Positions 57,337-64,000 of a stretch of 64,000 nucleotides of DNA are shown piece by piece (position 1 is the stretch's first letter; every line of letters begins with the position of its first letter). Position numbers and translations under genes: made by a program. Location of the stretch: positions 4,178 through 68,177 of the forward strand of contig CANQFG010000003.1 in the NCBI GenBank assembly GCA_947598395.1. Direction: 5' to 3'. The notes below the pieces were generated by a model, which saw only the letters and a list, made by a program, of their open reading frames with translations, searched no databases and was not told the origin of the DNA. The stretch is from an uncultured Bacilli bacterium (GTDB lineage Bacteria > Bacillota_I > Bacilli_A > RF39 > UBA660).

Positions 57337-59145
57337 TTATTTACGATTCAAACGATAACGTTCATTAGGGTCTAAAATAGCTTTGCGCAAGCGAATATCA
57401 TCGGGCGTAATTTCGACATATTCGTCATCTTCAATGAATTCCAAGGCCTCTTCCAAGTTGAAGGTACGAGGACGGACTAATTGAATAGCATCATCAGAGC
57501 CACTGGCCCGCGTATTAGTAAGTTGTTTATTCTTACAAGGATTGACATTCAAATCATTATCGCGATTATGGATGCCGACGATCATTCCGACATAAACATC
57601 GGTAGCCGGACCGACGATTAATTGACCCCGATCTTGTAAATTAAATAGGGAATATCCAAGCGTTTTTCCCGTTTCCATTGAGACTAAAACGCCATTTTTA
57701 CGCGTCATCAACTCGCCAGCATAGGGCTTATAGCTATCAAATGAGCGAACCATTATTCCCTCGCCCTTCGTGTTGGTAATAAATGCCGAACGATAGCCAA
57801 TTAAACCGCGTGTTGGGGCCGAAAAAGTAAGATGCGTATAGTTATCATCACTAGTCGTCATACTCGTAAGAATCCCCTTGCGCTCTTGTAAGTCATTGAT
57901 AACCGTCGAAGCATAATCGCTTGGAGTATTGATAATTACTGTTTCAAAAGGTTCACACTTGACGCCATCGATTTCTTTAAATAAAACTTGAGGTTTCGAT
58001 ACCGATAACTCATATCCTTCCCGGCGCATATTTTCCAGTAAGATCGATAGATGTAGTTCGCCGCGACCCGAAACTTTAAAGCCATCGGAATCGGGAAGTT
58101 CACTGACTTCGAGTCCAACATTCGTTTCGAGTTCCTTTTCGAGACGTTCCTTAATATGCCGATTAGTTAAAAATTTACCACTGCGCCCTGCGAATGGCGA
58201 ATTATTGACGAGAAAATTCATCGAAAGCGTCGGCTTTTCAATTTGAATAGGTGGCAATGGATTAGGTTTTCCAAGCTCACAGATCGTATCGCCAATCGAT
58301 ATTTGGCTACAGCCAGCAATCGTGACGATATCGCCATAATAGGCAATATCTTTTTCGACTTTTTTTAAGCCCTCGTTGACAAATAACTTCGTAACGCGAA
58401 ATGAAGTCTCATGACCATCATTGGCAACGATGGTAACCGTCTCCCCAGCTTTAATCTTACCCTTACTGATGCGCCCAATTCCCAAGCGACCAATATAATC
58501 ATCATAGGCCAAAGAGGAAATTTGCAATTGTAAATCGTCATCGACACTGCCTTCATAAGGTTTAACTTGCTTCAATATCGTCTCCAATAAAGGCTTGATA
58601 TTTTTTTCACCTAGATCATCCTTATCGAGAGTGGCAATGCCTTCGCGGGCAATACCATAGACGATGGGAAAATCCAGTTGTTCATCCGTAGCATTTAAAT
58701 CGACAAATAAATCAAAGGTCATATTGACGACATCATCGATGCGCGCATCCTTCTTATCGATCTTATTGATGAATAAAATAGGACGCAAATGTTGCTCTAA
58801 CGCTTTCTTCAAGACAAAGCGCGTTTGGGGCATAACCCCTTCGGCCGAATCGACCAAAAGAATAACGGTATCGACCGTCTTAATAACCCGTTCAACTTCG
58901 CTAGAAAAATCCGCATGGCCCGGAGTATCGACGATATTGATCTTATAATCCTTATATCTAATAGCACAATTCTTAGAATAAATCGTTATACCTCTTTCGC
59001 GTTCGATATCATTGCTATCCATTACACAATCAACTACTTGTTCATGTTCGGAAAATACGCCATTTTGTTGCAATAGAGCATCGACTAGAGTCGACTTTCC
59101 AGCATCGACATGGGCAACGACAGCAATATTAATTATCTTATCCAT
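57337..59145 (-). CDS. typA: Translational GTPase TypA/BipA
   Basis: AHVDAGKSTL, DTPGHADF and NKIDK motifs. 602 aa with an EF-G-like domain order and the BipA C-terminal region. Confidence 0.96.
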   Translation of the reverse strand: MDKIINIAVVAHVDAGKSTLVDALLQQNGVFSEHEQVVDCVMDSNDIERERGITIYSKNCAIRYKDYKINIVDTPGHADFSSEVERVIKTVDTVILLVDSAEGVMPQTRFVLKKALEQHLRPILFINKIDKKDARIDDVVNMTFDLFVDLNATDEQLDFPIVYGIAREGIATLDKDDLGEKNIKPLLETILKQVKPYEGSVDDDLQLQISSLAYDDYIGRLGIGRISKGKIKAGETVTIVANDGHETSFRVTKLFVNEGLKKVEKDIAYYGDIVTIAGCSQISIGDTICELGKPNPLPPIQIEKPTLSMNFLVNNSPFAGRSGKFLTNRHIKERLEKELETNVGLEVSELPDSDGFKVSGRGELHLSILLENMRREGYELSVSKPQVLFKEIDGVKCEPFETVIINTPSDYASTVINDLQERKGILTSMTTSDDNYTHLTFSAPTRGLIGYRSAFITNTKGEGIMVRSFDSYKPYAGELMTRKNGVLVSMETGKTLGYSLFNLQDRGQLIVGPATDVYVGMIVGIHNRDNDLNVNPCKNKQLTNTRASGSDDAIQLVRPRTFNLEEALEFIEDDEYVEITPDDIRLRKAILDPNERYRLNRK

Positions 59146-59270
59146 AACAACACGTCCTTTTTTGTAACTACTAAATATTACACCAAATGCGTCATTTTTG
59201 CAAGTACTTATAAAAATTAACTCTTCTTTATTATCGATAAATTAGATATAATAGGACTAGGTGGTAAATA

Positions 59271-61913
59271 ATGAAGTCAATTAAAGATTGGTTAAGAAAG
59301 TTTTTTAAGGAAAATCAACTCTATTTTTATGCTTTTTTTATCGGGATTATCATTATCAGCGTCGTATTTAAGTTAAACAATGTCGCTCCTTTTGGGGGAA
59401 ATTCCCTTTTATGTGTTGACTTCTATCATCAATATGGACCCATGTTGGCCGAATTATACGATCGCATTCATCAGGGCGAAAATTTAATATATTCCTTTAA
59501 TATGGCGATGGGATTGCCCTTTTTTCGCAATTTTCTCAATTATCTATCGAGTCCCTTTAATATAATTATGTTTTTATTTAATCATAAAAATTTGATCATG
59601 TCATACTCCGTTATCATTGGTTTGAAAGCCGTAATGGCCGATACGACGATGGTCTATTACTTGAGCAAAAAGTTTAAGACCAAAAAACTATATCTTTTGC
59701 CTTTAGGTATCATCTATGCCTTTAGTGCCTATTTTCAAGCTTATTATTGGAATATTATGTGGCTCGATGGCATGGTCTTTGTCCCTTTAATAACCTTGGG
59801 AATTGAATATATTGTCAACGAACATAAGTGGCGGTTTTATACTTTTTATCTCGCCATTATGTTGATTGCTAATTACTTTATTGGTTACATGATCTGCCTA
59901 TATGCCGTCGTCTATTTCTTACTTTATCTCGTCTATAAGACGAAATTTCATCTTAAAACATGGAAAAAAGATCTAACAATATTTATAAAAAAAGGCTTGA
60001 TGTTTGGGTTTGCCTCATTGATGGCGGGCTGCCTTACGGCCTTCTTGTTATTGCCAATGTTTAAAGCCCTTGCTTCGATAAGTGCTACGGGTGGGGAAAT
60101 TCCGACGAGTCAATACTACGATTTCTTACCTATCGATTATATAAAGGCCCATTTGACAGGGGTATCAACGACCGTATTTGCCAGTGATGCCATTACCAAA
60201 CCCAATATCTCTTGTGGGATTTTATCGGTCGCATTGCTCCTTGCCTATCTCATAAATATCGATATTCCCTTCAAAAATAAGATATGCTATCTTCTCCTCC
60301 TCGGCTTCTTTATCTTCGCCTTCTTTAATCCCGTTCTCGACTATATTTTTCATGCCTTCCACGTTCCCAATGATCTACCTTACCGCTATTCCTTCCTCTA
60401 CAGTTTCGTCCTCGTTCTCATTGGCGCCTATGCCCTAATGAATATCAAAAAAATTAAATTTCCCCTCATCGTCATAGGATATCTATTGATCATGGCATTG
60501 CTCATCATCGTCTCGATGGAGGAATGGGCAGGTATTACTCAAAATATGGCCTATATCAATATGATCCTCTTGACTCTATACTTTATATTTTATGCCGGAC
60601 TTTATTTTACGGGCCGCTTACAGACACTTTTTTATATCGCCCTAACCGTTGTCGCCTGTATCGACGTCGGTGTATCCATTAATTACAATTGGAATATTAC
60701 CCAAGTATTAAGTGTCTTTTATGAAGATTATGATGAGACCAAAGAACTTCTTGCGGATGTCAAAGCCTATGATGATGAATTATTTTATCGCATCGAAAAC
60801 ACGAATATGATGACCTTAAATGATGGCTCGTGGTACGATTATTATGGCCAAACGACCTTCTCTTCGATGGCCTATGAAAATATGGCCATTCTCCAACATA
60901 ATTTGGGAATTCCCGGCAATGTCATCAATAGTTATTATTACGTTCAATCGACGCCGATATATGACTTAATGTTCGATATAAAATACTTTATCGGCATGCG
61001 CAACGATTATAATCGTTATAAAGAAATCGTTACAAATATGGAAACCGCCAATGAATTTGAATATAATGTTGGCTTGATGTTTGGAACGAATAAAGACCTA
61101 CTCGAGTGGACGGGACAAAGTGATAATCCCTTTGCCAATCAAAATCAATTCATGCGCCTCTCCTCTGGTGTCGATGAAATTTTAACACCCGCAACCCTCA
61201 TTAATACCGAAGAATTATACCAAGATGATACCGTGACGATATTAAAATATGAATACGAGAATACTTTTGATAATTTCTATTATTATTCCGATGACTTTGC
61301 CATCGATTTCATGATCGTCGGCGATACCCTTTATTATAATAATGATAACTATCAAACATTGACGTCCTATAGTGACGAATTAAATTACACCTATATCGAA
61401 GATTATGACGAGGAAAAGATCATCAATATTCTATCGAGTGAGGAAAATATTACTTTATATGTTGCCTATAATGTCTATTATTCCGGGGCCTTTGATCTTT
61501 ATACCATCGATCATGATCGCTTTGTCGAAGCTTATACGCGTTTGGATAATAATAAAGTGCATATGACTTCCTTCAGCGAAAATAAGATGAAGGGCAATAT
61601 TTCCCTAGATGATGATATGTTAATATATACATCCATTCCCTATGATGAGGGGTGGCAAGTATATATCGATGGCAAGCGAGTCGAGACAGAATCTTTAGCC
61701 GATGCCCTTTTGGTCTTCGAATGTCCAAAGGGAACTCACGAAATATTTCTCATCTATCATGCACCATTGATGTTGACAGGAACGATCATTACTTCCCTTA
61801 CGGGTATCCCCTTCTTCCTTACATATCTCTATCCCGAGACCTGGGCCAAGTATGAAAAGAAAGGGTTAGATTTTCTTAAAAGGAAGATGAGCAAGCGCAG
61901 ATTGGCGCGATAG
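59271..61913 (+). CDS. YfhO-family polytopic membrane protein (putative glycosyltransferase)
   Basis: 880 aa. N-terminal CVDFYHQYGPM motif, about 13 TM helices and a large C-terminal extracytoplasmic domain with a final TM helix. Confidence 0.85.
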   Translation: MKSIKDWLRKFFKENQLYFYAFFIGIIIISVVFKLNNVAPFGGNSLLCVDFYHQYGPMLAELYDRIHQGENLIYSFNMAMGLPFFRNFLNYLSSPFNIIMFLFNHKNLIMSYSVIIGLKAVMADTTMVYYLSKKFKTKKLYLLPLGIIYAFSAYFQAYYWNIMWLDGMVFVPLITLGIEYIVNEHKWRFYTFYLAIMLIANYFIGYMICLYAVVYFLLYLVYKTKFHLKTWKKDLTIFIKKGLMFGFASLMAGCLTAFLLLPMFKALASISATGGEIPTSQYYDFLPIDYIKAHLTGVSTTVFASDAITKPNISCGILSVALLLAYLINIDIPFKNKICYLLLLGFFIFAFFNPVLDYIFHAFHVPNDLPYRYSFLYSFVLVLIGAYALMNIKKIKFPLIVIGYLLIMALLIIVSMEEWAGITQNMAYINMILLTLYFIFYAGLYFTGRLQTLFYIALTVVACIDVGVSINYNWNITQVLSVFYEDYDETKELLADVKAYDDELFYRIENTNMMTLNDGSWYDYYGQTTFSSMAYENMAILQHNLGIPGNVINSYYYVQSTPIYDLMFDIKYFIGMRNDYNRYKEIVTNMETANEFEYNVGLMFGTNKDLLEWTGQSDNPFANQNQFMRLSSGVDEILTPATLINTEELYQDDTVTILKYEYENTFDNFYYYSDDFAIDFMIVGDTLYYNNDNYQTLTSYSDELNYTYIEDYDEEKIINILSSEENITLYVAYNVYYSGAFDLYTIDHDRFVEAYTRLDNNKVHMTSFSENKMKGNISLDDDMLIYTSIPYDEGWQVYIDGKRVETESLADALLVFECPKGTHEIFLIYHAPLMLTGTIITSLTGIPFFLTYLYPETWAKYEKKGLDFLKRKMSKRRLAR

Positions 61914-61946
61914 AAAATAACTTAATAAAGGGTCTTTATCGCCAAA

Positions 61947-61997
61947 ATAAAAACTGATAGCAAGAAGTAATTGTAATTTCTTTATCAGTTTTTTTAT
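61947..61997. terminator. Bidirectional terminator between yfhO-family gene and dagK
   Basis: CTGATA(gc)AAGAA...TTCTTTATCAG stem (~11 bp), flanked by AAAATAAAAA on one side and TTTTTTT on the other. Confidence 0.65.
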
Positions 61998-62917
61998 CAA
62001 TTCTTTAAGAATAGTTTACTTATATTTTTATTTGGCAGCAATATTTGGACATCATGTTCATTATGAATTTCATAATTCTTACTGCGTATTTCCAATTTTT
62101 CGCCATCGACACACCAGGCATTTTTTGGATGTTTGGCAAAGCTAACTTTTAGTTTATTCGTCCGGAAAAATTCAAAGCCGGCAATATGCGAGGCATCCGT
62201 GGCAACTAACATGCCGATGGTCCGGATGATATCCAAACGGCGCGTATACGTACAGAGCAATACTTCAAATTGATCATCGTCCAACTTAATATCCTTATAA
62301 AAATTGTTAAAACCGGCAATGCGATTAGCCGAGCTTATCAACATGAAGGAATATAGGCCATGTTTTTCTTCGCCATTGACTTCATAAGTAATATCATAGA
62401 TATTCGTTCCACTGAATAAATCGCGAAGGCCACTAAATAAATAGGCAAGATGACCATACTTTTTCTTTAAAGTTCGCGGCGTATCATAGGGAATCGTCAT
62501 GAATTTGCCAAAACCAGCCACGTAGACGAAAGGCCGATTATTGATTAAGGCCACATCGATGCCCTTGACCGTTCCCGATAGACACATGCGCAAATTCTTT
62601 TCCAAGTCCTTTCCATAGCCAAACATGACACCGATATCGTTCGTCGTACCAACGGGAATATGAGCTAAGACGAGCCGCTTTTTGCGTTGTAAGTTGCCAA
62701 AGACGATCTCATTAAAAGTTCCATCGCCACCCATCGAGACGACCAAGTCGACATAACCGATATGACTCACGATTTCCTTGGCATGACCATGATATTCAGT
62801 AGCAATGAATGTCGGATTATAATCGTACTCTTCAAAGATCTTTTTATATTGGTGGATAGTCCGCTTTTTTAGTGGTTTACCACTATTAGGATTATAGATA
62901 ACAGCACAAGTTTTCAA
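61997..62917 (-). CDS. dagK: Diacylglycerol/lipid kinase (DagK/YegS family)
   Basis: NPNSGK and GGDGTFNE motifs. 306 aa. Confidence 0.88.
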   Translation of the reverse strand: MKTCAVIYNPNSGKPLKKRTIHQYKKIFEEYDYNPTFIATEYHGHAKEIVSHIGYVDLVVSMGGDGTFNEIVFGNLQRKKRLVLAHIPVGTTNDIGVMFGYGKDLEKNLRMCLSGTVKGIDVALINNRPFVYVAGFGKFMTIPYDTPRTLKKKYGHLAYLFSGLRDLFSGTNIYDITYEVNGEEKHGLYSFMLISSANRIAGFNNFYKDIKLDDDQFEVLLCTYTRRLDIIRTIGMLVATDASHIAGFEFFRTNKLKVSFAKHPKNAWCVDGEKLEIRSKNYEIHNEHDVQILLPNKNISKLFLKN

Positions 62918-63028
62918 ATAAAATCCCTCATTTCATTTTGAATTATAAGGCCAAGTATTTTTTTTGTCAATTTTTACTATTAATGCGCCCTTAAATATTT
63001 TATAATTATACTAAGGGGAGTAAAGTTT

Positions 63029-64000
63029 ATGGAATATCAAGAACGCGTAATTAATTTATTTAAGAATGATCCGGCATTATTAAAGGGATACAAAAAATCC
63101 AAATTAGCCGTTACTTTAGTTGAAGCAATCGAAAAAGAAATTATTGAATTTGACTATACTAAAAAATTAAATTGGCAATATTTATTTGATATATTTAACC
63201 AATTACCAGATTTAATGAAAGGCAATATTACCTTACAACTAGAACTCAACGATAAATTGACGTATATGCACAATATGCTCCGGAATCTAATTCATTCCAA
63301 ACCGAGCAATTTACCCGATGAAGATAATTATAATCTCCTCAAGCAATTAATCGAGAAGATGGAAAACTGTCTCTTGCGGATTTATTATGATAGTCCAGCG
63401 GATTATAATCCCGATAAGGAAGAATTTATCGAACATATCGTCTTTACCGCCAAATCCCTTACGTGCTTAAAGGTCGCTTGTTCAAAATATCCGTATATCA
63501 TCAATTCCTTTGATGAATTGGGTATTCCCTTAGTAGAAAGAGTATTAGATGCCTATTTGATGGCACTCAATAATTACCTTTCCAAAGTTAATTTAGGTCC
63601 TTTAGATGACTTATTATATTATGATGAAGTGATGAAAGTTATCTTTGCCGGCAAGATAAAAATCGATAGTTATAGTCGCGAGCGGTTGCTTACCAAAATT
63701 AAAGATTTCGTCTTAAGGCAAAATATCTTATCACCGCGCCATAAGGAAAAATTATCGTTTTTTGCCAATAACATCATCAATACGATTATGGAAACATATC
63801 AAGAACAAACCATCGATTACTTGAGTTATAAATGTGAAATACATACCAAGTTTAAAGAGGCCCATATGCTCGAAGCTAATCGAATATATATGACGAATAA
63901 AAATATCGGACCCGCATCTTCGATGCGCCATATAATTAGTTTTGATTGCGAAAATGCCAAAGAGATCGATGACTGCCTTTCCATAAGTTTAAGTGATGGC
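63029..64000 (+). CDS. Partial CDS (runs off the window): RNB-domain (RNase II/R-family)-like protein with an atypical helical N-terminal region
   Basis: Hand-translated open frame of 324 codons starting at an ATG after GGGGAG. It ends with IISFDCENAKEIDDCLSI, resembling the RNB motif I (IDxxxAxDxDDAxS). Absent from the ORF track because there is no stop codon in the window. Confidence 0.6.
   Translation, partial: MEYQERVINLFKNDPALLKGYKKSKLAVTLVEAIEKEIIEFDYTKKLNWQYLFDIFNQLPDLMKGNITLQLELNDKLTYMHNMLRNLIHSKPSNLPDEDNYNLLKQLIEKMENCLLRIYYDSPADYNPDKEEFIEHIVFTAKSLTCLKVACSKYPYIINSFDELGIPLVERVLDAYLMALNNYLSKVNLGPLDDLLYYDEVMKVIFAGKIKIDSYSRERLLTKIKDFVLRQNILSPRHKEKLSFFANNIINTIMETYQEQTIDYLSYKCEIHTKFKEAHMLEANRIYMTNKNIGPASSMRHIISFDCENAKEIDDCLSISLSDG

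Noticed and set aside
1-64000. Mollicutes-type genetic code (UGA read as Trp), CRISPR arrays, rRNA genes, retrons, riboswitches and T-boxes
   Set aside because: All conserved genes are full length under the standard code with Trp as TGG. No direct-repeat/spacer array was seen. No intergenic region longer than ~310 nt exists that could hold a large structured RNA. Apart from the L10-leader-like and IS200 leader structures, no leader showed a recognisable riboswitch or T-box core.

Overview
This is a low-GC (roughly one-third G+C by eye) Firmicutes-type chromosomal segment that uses the standard genetic code: Trp is TGG and there are no in-frame TGA problems. Most genes have AGGAGG/AGGTGA ribosome-binding sites (RBS). 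The backbone is housekeeping with Bacillus-like synteny on the minus strand: mrnC-rlmB-sigH-secE-nusG-rplK-rplA-rplJ-rplL and rpsL-rpsG-fusA-tuf. The rpoB-rpoC genes expected between rplL and rpsL are absent. That gap holds an IS200/IS605-type element and orphan genes instead. Other recognisable genes are lgt, uvrA, dus, pduL, a fused MacB-type ABC transporter, a WecA/TagO-like transferase, a PBP5-type and a VanY-type carboxypeptidase, addB/addA plus a third SF1 helicase, rubrerythrin, trmB, typA, copZ, a yfhO-family gene, dagK and one tRNA-Glu(CUC). I found no rRNA genes, no CRISPR array and no prophage. The candidates for poorly described biology, in my order of interest, are as follows. (1) A tightly coupled operon of a radical-SAM gene (TIGR03916-like), a DUF4130 gene (TIGR03915-like) and a divergent GroES-less Cpn60 paralog. 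(2) A three-gene operon of all-helical, mTERF-like repeat proteins. (3) A cluster of a SipW-type signal peptidase (fused to a polytopic membrane domain), a small secreted beta-rich protein and a DUF5305-like protein. (4) A collagen-like (42 GXY triplets) gene plus a glycosyltransferase-TPR gene behind a mother-cell-sigma-like promoter. (5) The orphan tRNA-Glu(CUC), which has a C at the near-universal U55 position. (6) A G9 homopolymer in the promoter region of a secreted FGE-like protein. All family assignments come from motif recognition by eye; no searches were run.
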